Notes: a model not told the origin generated them from the sequence alone. DNA of 30,887 nt from Escherichia coli (GCF_003334335.1 NZ_QOWQ01000049.1); one strand, 5' to 3'. Positions 1 to 9,139 are shown, numbered from the stretch's first letter. Numbers and translations: made by a program.

Positions 1-59
1 TTTCTCTTCAACCGAACCGGCTGTTTGTGTGAAGTGATTCACATCCGCCGTGTCGATGG

Positions 60-115
60 AGGCGCATTATAGGGAGTTCTCCGCAGGCCGCAATAGAAAA
101 ATTGCAGAAAAATGA
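60..115 (-). promoter_or_regulatory. rrnE: rRNA-operon P1-type promoter reading leftward out of the window (rrnE by position next to purH)
   Basis: On the minus strand: -35 TTGCGG (plus coords 88..93), 16-bp spacer, -10 TATAAT (66..71), GC-rich discriminator GCGCCTCC, and an A/T-rich UP-like tract upstream (94..115). The CTCCCTATAATGCGCC core is the hallmark of E. coli rrn P1 promoters. The rRNA genes themselves lie outside the window. Confidence 0.6.
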
Positions 116-264
116 CTGACTGCTGCATTCCCCAGCAAAAGCCCGCTTTATACCTTTTTACGCACAGAGTTATCCACAATCATCAATGTAATTTCTGTAT
201 TTTGCCCACGGTAACCACAGTCAAAATTGTGATCACCATTGAAAGAGAAAAATTCGCGAGCGTT

Positions 265-280
265 GCGCAAACGTTTTCGT
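265..280 (+). promoter_or_regulatory. PurR operator-like site GCGCAAACGTTTTCGT, immediately followed by a TACAAT -10 candidate (281..286) for purHD
   Basis: Close match to the pur-regulon operator consensus (ACGCAAACGTTTTCGT) about 110 bp upstream of the purH ATG. The adjacent TACAAT hexamer is a plausible -10; I could not assign a convincing -35. Confidence 0.6.
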
Positions 281-318
281 TACAATGCGGGCGAAAAATA
301 AGGATGCCCCGTTAGGGG

Positions 319-354
319 CGTTAGCTGAGTTTTTCGCGAAAAATTCAGCTAACG
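319..354 (+). repeat. 36-bp near-perfect palindrome in the purH 5' leader (CGTTAGCTGAGTTTTTCG / CGAAAAATTCAGCTAACG), preceded by a small GC hairpin at 306..319
   Basis: Read directly. The two 18-nt arms are reverse complements except one position (g329/t344), which is a G-U wobble in the plus-strand RNA and a C-A mismatch in the minus-strand RNA. Confidence 0.85.
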
Positions 355-387
355 CTCTCTGTAATAGTCAAATCCAGGGGATTTACC

Positions 388-1977
388 ATGCAACAACGTC
401 GTCCAGTCCGCCGCGCTCTGCTCAGTGTTTCTGACAAAGCCGGTATCGTCGAATTCGCCCAGGCACTTTCCGCACGCGGTGTGGAGCTGCTGTCTACAGG
501 GGGCACTGCCCGTCTGTTAGCAGAAAAAGGTCTGCCGGTAACCGAAGTTTCCGATTACACCGGTTTCCCGGAGATGATGGATGGACGCGTGAAGACCCTG
601 CATCCGAAAGTACATGGTGGCATTCTGGGCCGTCGCGGCCAGGACGATGCCATTATGGAAGAACATCAGATCCAGCCTATCGATATGGTGGTTGTTAACC
701 TGTATCCGTTCGCCCAGACCGTGGCCCGTGAAGGTTGCTCGCTGGAAGATGCGGTTGAGAACATCGATATCGGCGGCCCAACGATGGTGCGCTCCGCCGC
801 CAAGAACCATAAAGATGTCGCAATCGTGGTGAAGAGCAGCGACTATGACGCCATTATTAAAGAGATGGATGACAACGAAGGATCGCTGACGCTTGCAACC
901 CGTTTCGACCTCGCCATCAAAGCCTTCGAACACACTGCCGCCTACGACAGCATGATTGCCAACTACTTCGGCAGCATGGTTCCGGCTTACCACGGTGAAA
1001 GCAAAGAAGCCGCCGGTCGCTTCCCACGCACGCTGAACCTGAACTTCATTAAGAAGCTGGATATGCGTTACGGCGAGAACAGCCACCAGCAGGCTGCCTT
1101 CTATATAGAAGAGAATGTGAAAGAAGCCTCCGTTGCTACCGCAACCCAGGTTCAGGGTAAAGCCCTCTCTTATAACAACATCGCCGATACCGATGCGGCG
1201 CTGGAGTGCGTGAAAGAGTTCGCCGAGCCGGCATGTGTGATTGTGAAGCACGCCAACCCTTGCGGCGTGGCTATCGGCAATTCCATTCTTGATGCTTACG
1301 ATCGCGCGTACAAAACCGACCCAACCTCCGCATTCGGCGGCATCATTGCCTTTAACCGCGAGCTGGATGCGGAAACCGCACAGGCCATCATTTCTCGTCA
1401 GTTTGTCGAAGTGATTATTGCGCCGTCCGCCAGCGAAGAAGCCCTGAAAATCACCGCCGCCAAACAGAACGTACGCGTTCTGACCTGCGGTCAGTGGGGC
1501 GAGCGTGTTCCGGGCCTCGATTTCAAACGCGTGAACGGCGGTCTGCTGGTTCAGGATCGTGACCTGGGGATGGTCGGTGCGGAAGAACTGCGCGTGGTGA
1601 CCAAACGTCAGCCGAGCGAACAGGAACTGCGTGATGCGCTGTTCTGCTGGAAGGTGGCGAAGTTTGTGAAATCCAACGCTATCGTCTATGCCAAAAACAA
1701 TATGACTATCGGCATTGGCGCGGGCCAGATGAGCCGCGTGTACTCCGCAAAAATCGCCGGTATTAAAGCGGCCGATGAAGGCCTGGAAGTGAAAGGTTCC
1801 TCGATGGCTTCTGACGCGTTCTTCCCGTTCCGCGACGGTATTGATGCCGCCGCCGCTGCGGGCGTGACCTGCGTAATCCAGCCTGGCGGTTCTATCCGTG
1901 ATGACGAAGTGATTGCCGCCGCCGACGAGCACGGTATTGCGATGCTCTTCACCGACATGCGCCACTTCCGCCATTAA
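388..1977 (+). CDS. purH: Bifunctional AICAR transformylase / IMP cyclohydrolase
   Basis: 529-codon ORF; translation recognisable throughout as PurH (N-terminal MGS-like domain, LSTGGTA motif). AGGGGA Shine-Dalgarno 8 nt upstream of the ATG. Confidence 0.97.
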
Positions 1978-1988
1978 TGGAGCAATAG

Positions 1989-3278
1989 ATGAAAGTATTA
2001 GTGATTGGTAACGGCGGGCGCGAGCACGCGCTGGCCTGGAAAGCGGCCCAGTCGCCGCTGGTTGAGACTGTTTTTGTTGCTCCGGGTAATGCAGGCACTG
2101 CACTGGAACCCGCGCTGCAAAACGTTGCTATTGGCGTGACCGATATCCCGGCGCTGTTGGATTTCGCACAAAACGAAAAGATTGATCTGACCATCGTCGG
2201 CCCGGAAGCGCCGCTGGTGAAAGGCGTGGTCGATACCTTCCGCGCCGCCGGGCTGAAAATCTTCGGCCCAACCGCAGGTGCGGCCCAACTGGAAGGCTCA
2301 AAAGCGTTTACCAAAGATTTCCTGGCCCGCCATAAGATCCCTACGGCGGAATACCAGAACTTCACCGAGGTAGAACCTGCGCTGGCGTATCTGCGTGAGA
2401 AAGGCGCGCCAATCGTCATTAAAGCGGACGGTCTGGCTGCCGGGAAAGGCGTTATCGTGGCGATGACGCTGGAAGAAGCGGAAGCGGCTGTTCACGATAT
2501 GCTGGCGGGCAACGCTTTTGGCGACGCGGGTCATCGCATCGTTATCGAAGAGTTCCTCGATGGCGAAGAAGCGAGCTTTATCGTGATGGTGGACGGCGAG
2601 CATGTGCTGCCGATGGCTACCAGCCAGGATCACAAACGCGTAGGCGATAAAGATACCGGACCAAACACCGGCGGGATGGGCGCTTACTCCCCCGCGCCGG
2701 TAGTAACCGATGACGTTCATCAGCGCACCATGGAACGTATTATCTGGCCAACCGTGAAAGGCATGGCGGCGGAAGGCAACACCTACACCGGTTTTCTCTA
2801 CGCGGGCCTGATGATCGACAAACAGGGCAATCCGAAGGTTATTGAATTTAACTGCCGCTTTGGCGATCCGGAAACCCAGCCGATTATGCTGCGCATGAAG
2901 TCCGATCTGGTTGAGCTCTGCCTGGCGGCCTGTGAAAGCAAACTGGACGAGAAAACGTCCGAGTGGGATGAACGCGCTTCTCTCGGCGTGGTGATGGCTG
3001 CGGGTGGATATCCGGGTGATTACCGCACCGGTGACGTGATCCACGGCCTGCCGCTGGAAGAAGTGGCAGGCGGCAAAGTGTTCCACGCGGGCACAAAACT
3101 GGCGGATGACGAGCAGGTAGTGACCAACGGCGGGCGCGTACTGTGCGTCACCGCGCTGGGTCATACCGTGGCAGAAGCGCAGAAACGCGCCTATGCCTTA
3201 ATGACCGATATCCACTGGGACGACTGCTTCTGCCGGAAAGATATCGGCTGGCGCGCTATCGAACGCGAGCAGAACTAA
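1989..3278 (+). CDS. purD: Phosphoribosylamine-glycine ligase (GAR synthetase)
   Basis: 429-codon ORF starting 11 nt after the purH stop; ATP-grasp family translation typical of PurD. Confidence 0.97.
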   Translation: MKVLVIGNGGREHALAWKAAQSPLVETVFVAPGNAGTALEPALQNVAIGVTDIPALLDFAQNEKIDLTIVGPEAPLVKGVVDTFRAAGLKIFGPTAGAAQLEGSKAFTKDFLARHKIPTAEYQNFTEVEPALAYLREKGAPIVIKADGLAAGKGVIVAMTLEEAEAAVHDMLAGNAFGDAGHRIVIEEFLDGEEASFIVMVDGEHVLPMATSQDHKRVGDKDTGPNTGGMGAYSPAPVVTDDVHQRTMERIIWPTVKGMAAEGNTYTGFLYAGLMIDKQGNPKVIEFNCRFGDPETQPIMLRMKSDLVELCLAACESKLDEKTSEWDERASLGVVMAAGGYPGDYRTGDVIHGLPLEEVAGGKVFHAGTKLADDEQVVTNGGRVLCVTALGHTVAEAQKRAYALMTDIHWDDCFCRKDIGWRAIEREQN

Positions 3279-4600
3279 CGCGACAGTTTTGCCAATAGCG
3301 TTTTGCGCGTGATCCCTAACTGACGGGCGGCTTCGGTTTTGTTGCCGCCCGTTTTCTCCAGCGCCGCCAGAATCACCTCTTTTTCCACTTCCACCAACGG
3401 CTGAATATCCTGACTTTGTCCCAGCGGGATCGGCGTACTGGCAATCGCCAGCGGCAGCTCGCGTTCGGAAATATATTCCCCGGTCAGCAGCACCACTGCC
3501 CGTTCCACCGCGTTTTCCAGCTCACGAATATTTCCCGGCCAGTCGTAATGAATCAACAGATCCATCGCCTGGGGCGTAAAACCTTTTACCGCCTTGCGAT
3601 TACGCTCGGCAAAGCGCTGCAGAAAATGGCCAGCCAGCAGAGGGATATCTTCCCGCCGTTGCCGCAGCGATGGTACTTCAATCGCCACCACATTCAGGCG
3701 ATAGTAGAGATCCTGGCGAAAACGCCCGGCATTCACCTCTGCGGCAAGATCGCGATGGGTCGCCGCAATCAGCCGGACATCAACCGAGATAATCTGGTTG
3801 CTACCGACACGCTGAACTTCGCGCTCCTGAATCGCACGCAGCAGACGCACCTGCATCATCGGCGAGATATCGCCAATTTCATCGAGAAACAGCGTGCCGC
3901 CGTCCGCCTCAACAAAGCGCCCTTCCCGGCGTTTATCGGCTCCAGTAAACGCCCCTTTTTCGTGACCGAACAATTCAGATTCCAGCAAGGATTCGTTGAG
4001 TGCCGCACAGTTGAGCGTTACCAGCGGTTTTTCGCTACGTGCGCTACTGGCGTGAATCGCCCTGGCGACCAGCTCTTTACCGGTGCCGGAATCGCCGTGG
4101 ATCAGTACCGTGGCTTCCGATGGCGCGACGAGGGCGATTTCACTGAGCAGGTGTTGCATCGCCGGGCTTTTACCGACCATACCGAACTGGCTGGCAGTCA
4201 CCGCAGGTGTTTCAGCATCAATACTGTGCGTATGCGCGAGCGCTTTTTCCAGCGTCGCCTGTAGGTTATCGAAATCCAGCGGCTTGATGAGATAATCCAG
4301 CGCCCCAGTTTTCAGTGCCTCTACCGCCGTCTCGACGCTGGAGTACGCAGTCATAATCAGCACCGGAATTGCCGGGTTTAACGCTTTGATCTCTTTCAGC
4401 GTGGCGATGCCGTCCATCTCCGCCATTCGCACATCGCAAAGCACAAGATCAAAAACCTGTTCCCGCACCTGCTCCAACGCCTGTCGCCCGCTGTTCGCCA
4501 GCGCGACGTTATAGCCCCAGCCGCGCAGTAAAGCCTGCAAAATAGTGCAGTGGCTAATGTCATCATCCACCACCAGAATATCGATATTATCGTGCGTCAT
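3275..4600 (-). CDS. zraR: Sigma54-dependent response regulator (receiver domain, AAA+ sigma54-activator domain with GAFTGA motif, C-terminal HTH)
   Basis: 441-codon ORF; NtrC-family architecture with GDSGTGKE Walker A, GAFTGA and Fis-type HTH. ATGA start/stop overlap with the upstream kinase gene. Confidence 0.95.
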   Translation of the reverse strand: MTHDNIDILVVDDDISHCTILQALLRGWGYNVALANSGRQALEQVREQVFDLVLCDVRMAEMDGIATLKEIKALNPAIPVLIMTAYSSVETAVEALKTGALDYLIKPLDFDNLQATLEKALAHTHSIDAETPAVTASQFGMVGKSPAMQHLLSEIALVAPSEATVLIHGDSGTGKELVARAIHASSARSEKPLVTLNCAALNESLLESELFGHEKGAFTGADKRREGRFVEADGGTLFLDEIGDISPMMQVRLLRAIQEREVQRVGSNQIISVDVRLIAATHRDLAAEVNAGRFRQDLYYRLNVVAIEVPSLRQRREDIPLLAGHFLQRFAERNRKAVKGFTPQAMDLLIHYDWPGNIRELENAVERAVVLLTGEYISERELPLAIASTPIPLGQSQDIQPLVEVEKEVILAALEKTGGNKTEAARQLGITRKTLLAKLSR

Positions 4601-5994
4601 CCTTGTGGGTCCTTACGCGTAATATTGACCGGAAGCCAGAGGGTGAACGTTGAGCCTTTTCCCTCCTGGCTTGCGACCTGAATTGTACCACCGTGTTGTT
4701 CAACAATATTATGCACGACCGCCAGCCCCAATCCGGTGCCTTCGGCTTTAGTGGTGAAGTACGGAGTGAAGATGGCATCAAGCTGATCTGCCGCAATTCC
4801 CTTACCGCTGTCGGTAACGCTGATTTTCACGCCCGCGCCGCTTTCGCTGGCCGTCACGCTAATCACGCCATGCTGACCAATCGCCTGAATAGCATTGAGA
4901 TAGAGATTCAACAGGACCTGAGTCAGCCTGTCCGGGTCGGCCTGAATTTCCGGTAATGTGTCGTTGGCGGTAAAGCGTAACTGGATCTCCCGGCTGTTTG
5001 CATCCTGACTTACCAGCTGTAATGAGTGGTTAATCAGCGTGTTGAGATCCACCGCCTGCAAAGCCAGATGCGTTGGCTTAACCAGTTCCAGCAACTCGCT
5101 TACCACGCGGTTTAAACGGTCGGCCTCTTTCGCCATCACCTGCGCCAGTTGATGCGCTTCTCCCCCTGCAGGCGCGCGCTCGGCAAAGTATTTCGCCAGT
5201 CCTTTAATCGAGGAAAGTGGGTTACGGATTTCGTGGGCAACGCCTGCCGCAAGATGCCCCAGCGCCACCAGCTTCTCTTTGCGCTTCATTTCATCTTGTA
5301 GAAGCTGGCGCGAGCGCAGATAGCGGCGATACCAGAAGAATGACAATACGCTTGCCAGCAAGACCGTCGCCAGGGCGAAGAGGATAATCAGGGTATTGCG
5401 CTTTTCCCCACTCTGGGTTGCAACCAGATCACTGGCATCAACGGCGATAAAAATAGCCTGTTGTGCATCTACTTGTGGCACAGCTTTGCCGTTACAGCGC
5501 GGCATATTGTGCATTCCATGCCGCCAGGGCGCTGACATTGGCTGGAACAAACGATAGACCTCAAGTGCAGGCGTAGTTTCCGTTTTCCCAAGCAGCCGCC
5601 AGCGGGAGTTTTCCTCTGGCTTTAATTTCTGCATTTCATCCGGCGAATAGAGCGCACGCCCGACCTTATCGGGGTCGCTATGAAGAATAATGATGCCCTG
5701 CGCATCGGTGACTGCGAACCACAACACTCCCGGCTGTCCCGCCATCTCTTCCAGAAGCGCCTGTTGCTGTACATGGTGCATTCGCATCCCCATCCCTACG
5801 CGGCTTCCCGACTCCAGAGCGCGGATAAGCACATTACCTTTTTCCAGTAATGCCTGGCGGTCTGCCTCGCTTGCCCGCCCATAATCACGAATCACAGTTA
5901 CCGCAAACAATCCCACCAGCCCAACAATGACCACGGGGAGGATCGCGCTTAACCATTTAGCTAAGGAGTCTTTAGAACGTTGCATAAAACGCAT
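4597..5994 (-). CDS. zraS: Sensor histidine kinase of the ZraSR two-component system
   Basis: 465-codon ORF with N-terminal transmembrane segment, periplasmic domain, second TM, H-box (GVAHEIRNPL) and HATPase motifs; translationally coupled to zraR. Confidence 0.95.
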   Translation of the reverse strand: MRFMQRSKDSLAKWLSAILPVVIVGLVGLFAVTVIRDYGRASEADRQALLEKGNVLIRALESGSRVGMGMRMHHVQQQALLEEMAGQPGVLWFAVTDAQGIIILHSDPDKVGRALYSPDEMQKLKPEENSRWRLLGKTETTPALEVYRLFQPMSAPWRHGMHNMPRCNGKAVPQVDAQQAIFIAVDASDLVATQSGEKRNTLIILFALATVLLASVLSFFWYRRYLRSRQLLQDEMKRKEKLVALGHLAAGVAHEIRNPLSSIKGLAKYFAERAPAGGEAHQLAQVMAKEADRLNRVVSELLELVKPTHLALQAVDLNTLINHSLQLVSQDANSREIQLRFTANDTLPEIQADPDRLTQVLLNLYLNAIQAIGQHGVISVTASESGAGVKISVTDSGKGIAADQLDAIFTPYFTTKAEGTGLGLAVVHNIVEQHGGTIQVASQEGKGSTFTLWLPVNITRKDPQG

Positions 5995-6025
5995 CTTCTT
6001 CTTTGCCTGCTCATCCCTTTCTGAC

Positions 6026-6041
6026 AGCAGAAATCATGCCA
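6026..6041 (-). promoter_or_regulatory. Sigma54 -24/-12 promoter for zraSR
   Basis: Minus-strand sequence TGGCATGATTTCTGCT has GG and GC at the consensus spacing of TGGCAC-N5-TTGCW, about 30 nt upstream of the zraS ATG. Confidence 0.7.
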
Positions 6042-6092
6042 TCTTTTATCAGCGCTTACCCTGCGCTGTAACACAAAGGCTTAAGTTTCAAT

Positions 6093-6138
6093 GAGTAAAA
6101 ATGACTCGCTACCCGCAGCAGGCGAGTCATTTTTACTC
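6093..6138. promoter_or_regulatory. Enhancer for ZraR: two 17-bp sites GAGTAAAAATGACTCGC / GCGAGTCATTTTTACTC in inverted orientation, each containing a GAGT-N7-ACTC dyad
   Basis: Read directly. It sits between the two divergent sigma54 promoters, the expected position for a bacterial enhancer-binding-protein site. Confidence 0.7.
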
Positions 6139-6180
6139 GTTTATCATGCCAGATTACCCGTCATATCAGCGTTTCATCGT

Positions 6181-6196
6181 TGGCACGGAAGATGCA
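6181..6196 (+). promoter_or_regulatory. Sigma54 -24/-12 promoter for zraP
   Basis: TGGCACGGAAGATGCA matches TGGCAC-N5-TTGCA at the GG and GC positions, about 36 nt upstream of the zraP ATG; GGAGG Shine-Dalgarno at 6221..6225. Confidence 0.75.
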
Positions 6197-6231
6197 ATAC
6201 CCGAAGTAAGACAACCACTGGAGGATTAACC

Positions 6232-6657
6232 ATGAAACGGAACACGAAAATTGCCCTGGTAATGATGGCGCTTTCAGCAATGGCGATGGGATCGACATCT
6301 GCATTTGCTCACGGCGGACACGGTATGTGGCAGCAAAATGCCGCGCCTTTGACCAGCGAACAACAGACAGCGTGGCAGAAAATCCATAATGACTTTTACG
6401 CTCAAAGCAGCGCACTGCAACAGCAACTGGTGACGAAGCGTTATGAATACAATGCCCTGTTAGCCGCGAACCCACCGGATAGCAGCAAAATTAACGCGGT
6501 CGCCAAAGAGATGGAGAATTTGCGTCAGTCGTTAGATGAGTTACGGGTGAAACGAGATATCGCGATGGCTGAAGCGGGTATTCCGCGCGGAGCCGGAATG
6601 GGCATGGGCTACGGCGGCTGCGGTGGTGGCGGTCATATGGGTATGGGCCACTGGTAA
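6232..6657 (+). CDS. zraP: Periplasmic zinc-associated envelope-stress protein ZraP (signal peptide; Gly/Met/His-rich C-terminal tail)
   Basis: True start is the internal ATG at 6232 (MKRNTKIALVMMALSAMAMGSTSAFA signal peptide, GGAGG RBS). The 188-aa track ORF from 6091 runs through the promoter and enhancer and is an over-extension. Confidence 0.9.
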   Translation: MKRNTKIALVMMALSAMAMGSTSAFAHGGHGMWQQNAAPLTSEQQTAWQKIHNDFYAQSSALQQQLVTKRYEYNALLAANPPDSSKINAVAKEMENLRQSLDELRVKRDIAMAEAGIPRGAGMGMGYGGCGGGGHMGMGHW

Positions 6658-6658
6658 A

Positions 6659-7354
6659 TCAGAACGTTTTCTCGTTGGGTTGCCAGCGACAGAAATCAGA
6701 GTTTGCCACTAACAGTAATTGCGAACCTTCGGGCGCTTCCAGCCATGCCACGCTGACATCAACAGAAGAGCGGCTCTGGCGGCGCTCGATATGCGCTATC
6801 GCCTGCGAATCTAAATCAGGTTTAATGGTTTGCCCTTCGCAGGTGGTCACGGTCTGTTCCATCGCATGCCAGCGCCCCTGGCGCAGCACGACTCTCCCCT
6901 GACGTAAGGCATCGCTAATCTGGCGGATCTGATCAGCACGATAACGGTATAAATCGATTTGGTCGTTAGAAAGCTGCTGCTTTTCCCCATCGGATTCACG
7001 TTGCATAAAGCTCAGATCACCGCGATCGTCAAAACGCGCGCGAATATTCACCGGCGGTTTGCTGTAAACATTGATATTGATGAGCGTGAGGTTATCGCCC
7101 TGCCAGCGATACTCTCGCGTCGTGGTATCGCCACTGCGCCACGGGCTAAACACGGCAAGCAGATGCACATTATCGCCGCTGTCTTTTCGCCAGATGCGTA
7201 CCGCGCCCTGGTCTTCAGCAAATCCACTGGCGGTAAAGGGAGGAAGTGAAGAGTTATGACTACAGGCAGTGAGAAGCAGAGCGCCAGCCAGCATCAATGA
7301 TCGACGCCAGAAAGACAAAAGGGGTGAAACCACCCCTTCGTTAAAACTGTTCAC
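6659..7354 (-). CDS. yjaH: Putative lipoprotein YjaH (DUF1481 family)
   Basis: ORF with lipobox LLLTAC-S. The track ORF starts at a GTG at 7360; a second in-frame GTG at 7354 gives 231 aa and is the start I favour from recalled protein length. Start is uncertain by 2 codons. Confidence 0.75.
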   Translation of the reverse strand: MNSFNEGVVSPLLSFWRRSLMLAGALLLTACSHNSSLPPFTASGFAEDQGAVRIWRKDSGDNVHLLAVFSPWRSGDTTTREYRWQGDNLTLININVYSKPPVNIRARFDDRGDLSFMQRESDGEKQQLSNDQIDLYRYRADQIRQISDALRQGRVVLRQGRWHAMEQTVTTCEGQTIKPDLDSQAIAHIERRQSRSSVDVSVAWLEAPEGSQLLLVANSDFCRWQPNEKTF

Positions 7355-7366
7355 TGCCACGCAATC

Positions 7367-7639
7367 TTACTTAACTGCGTCTTTCAGTGCCTTGCCAGAA
7401 ACAAATGCCGGTACGTTAGCTGCGGCAATTTTGATTTCTTTACCGGTCTGCGGGTTGCGGCCAGTACGCTCAGCGCGGTGGTTCACTTTGAAGGTACCGA
7501 AACCAACCAGTTGTACAGCATCGCCTTCTTTCAGAGACTCAGTAATTGCAGCCAGAGTGGACTCCAGAGCAGCTTTAGCCTGGGTTTTGGACAGTTCTGC
7601 TTTCTCTGCAATTACATCAATCAGTTGAGTCTTGTTCAT
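7367..7639 (-). CDS. hupA: DNA-binding protein HU-alpha
   Basis: 90-aa translation [90 protein letters not shown] is the HU-alpha sequence. Confidence 0.97.
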
Positions 7640-7825
7640 AAGTTATCCTTACAATGTGTTTATCGCTTGCTAAGCATCGAGTGCGACGGAAATGCCAGAA
7701 TAGCACTCTCCTGCATACACGCACCGATAGCCACTTTTTTTCGCCCCCCAAATGTAGACCAGACGGGGGGCGAAAGGGAAGACTCCAGGTACGACAAATC
7801 AGGCGTTAAATCACGTTTTCTGGTC

Positions 7826-8416
7826 TTATTGCTGAAAAATTATACCAATATTGCTCTCACCCGCCTCACGCAGGTCTGCCCTAAGGCCTTTTATCAGCTC
7901 GATATCGCGTTCTTCGCACTCAGCTAAAAGTCGGAATATTTCCCACTGAATGTCCCATTCTTGCTCTACAGCTGGGTTTTCTTTAAGCTCTTCATCGCTC
8001 ATTTCGCGACCAGCCTGAGTCATTTCCAGCATCGCAACGGTCGTGATGGAGGTCTTACTCACTTCCACCGCGTGTTCGAGCGTTTCACCACTCAAACGCG
8101 AATGGACCAGTTCACTTAACGCCACGCAGGCATCGATTGCCGGATAAACGCCGTACAGATCGAAATCGTCGGCTGAAGGAATCGCTTCTTCAAATTTCTC
8201 CAGTTGGCTGTCGAAATTTACTTTTGCGTCTTTAACGGTCAGCGTTTCCCAGATGAGATCGAGAATGCGACGGTAAATTTGCCCATCACCAAAACCGGTT
8301 TGCTGGCAGAACATGGCGTAATTGGGGTACATGCGTTCGCATAAGCAAGCCATGAAAGTGACATGCTGCCAGCTTTCCAGGCGCTCCAGACGCAGATGAA
8401 TTGGGTTTTGTAACAT
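7826..8416 (-). CDS. yjaG: DUF416-family protein YjaG
   Basis: 196-codon ORF, recognisable as the conserved enterobacterial YjaG; sits in the expected position between hupA and nfi. Confidence 0.85.
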   Translation of the reverse strand: MLQNPIHLRLERLESWQHVTFMACLCERMYPNYAMFCQQTGFGDGQIYRRILDLIWETLTVKDAKVNFDSQLEKFEEAIPSADDFDLYGVYPAIDACVALSELVHSRLSGETLEHAVEVSKTSITTVAMLEMTQAGREMSDEELKENPAVEQEWDIQWEIFRLLAECEERDIELIKGLRADLREAGESNIGIIFQQ

Positions 8417-8458
8417 GTTGAGTTCTCAAATACGGAAATTATCCGCAGTTTACCTGAA

Positions 8459-9130
8459 TTAGGGCTGATTTGCTGTATAGCGCACGAACGCCGGACGTTC
8501 CGAGGCCACCGCGTCCGCCCAGCGCGTTGGCTCCGGCAGACGATAGCCTTTCATGCAGCGTTGTACCCACGCCAGCGCGCTGTCCACGCTGACCCGATGG
8601 CCGGTAGCGATAAACAACGGGTTACAGCGCGCTTTGCTGCGCCAGACCCAGGCCAGCTGCTCGCCTTTATCCATCAGTGGGGCCAGCGCGCCCGGTTCGC
8701 TGGAGAGCGGTTCGAATTTACCGCAGAGCCGTTTTTTCGCCACGCCAATGGTCGGCACATCCACCAATAAGCCAAAATGGCTGGCGACGCCAAGACGGCG
8801 AGGATGCGAGATCCCATGACCATCGACAAACACTAAATCCGGCTTTTGCGACAGCATCTCCCACGCTGCCAGCAGCGCAGGATATTCGCGGAAGGAAAGA
8901 AAACCTGGAATGTAAGGCATGGTGGTGGCGATGCGGGCAACTTTATACTCGACCAGCTCAAGCGAGGGATATTTCAGCAGCACCATCGCCGCTCGCGTCA
9001 CTTCTCCGCCCTGCTCAAACCCGACATCGGCTCCGGCGATCAGATCCGGTGGATCTTTATCGAGTCGATCCTCGCGGATCACAGAAGAAGCCAGTTCGAT
9101 TTGTTGAGCGCGTAATGACGCGAGATCCAT
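8459..9130 (-). CDS. nfi: Endonuclease V (deoxyinosine 3' endonuclease)
   Basis: Endonuclease V family translation. The track ORF starts at a GTG (9136); the ATG two codons in (9130) gives the 223-aa protein and has an AAGGAG Shine-Dalgarno that overlaps the hemE stop codon. Confidence 0.92.
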
Positions 9131-9139
9131 AATCACTCC

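Noticed and set aside
112-315. 67-aa plus-strand ORF upstream of purH
   Set aside because: It spans the rrn P1 upstream region, the PurR box and the -10 candidate, has no Shine-Dalgarno, and ends inside the leader hairpin. Regulatory DNA read in frame.
517-2103. 528-aa minus-strand ORF antisense to purH and running into purD
   Set aside because: It overlaps two well-supported genes on the opposite strand, and its Gly/His/Arg/Val-rich translation is typical of an antisense frame in GC-rich coding sequence.
6091-6231. N-terminal 47-codon extension of the zraP track ORF
   Set aside because: The extension covers the ZraR enhancer and the sigma54 promoter. The real start at 6232 has a GGAGG RBS and begins a canonical signal peptide.
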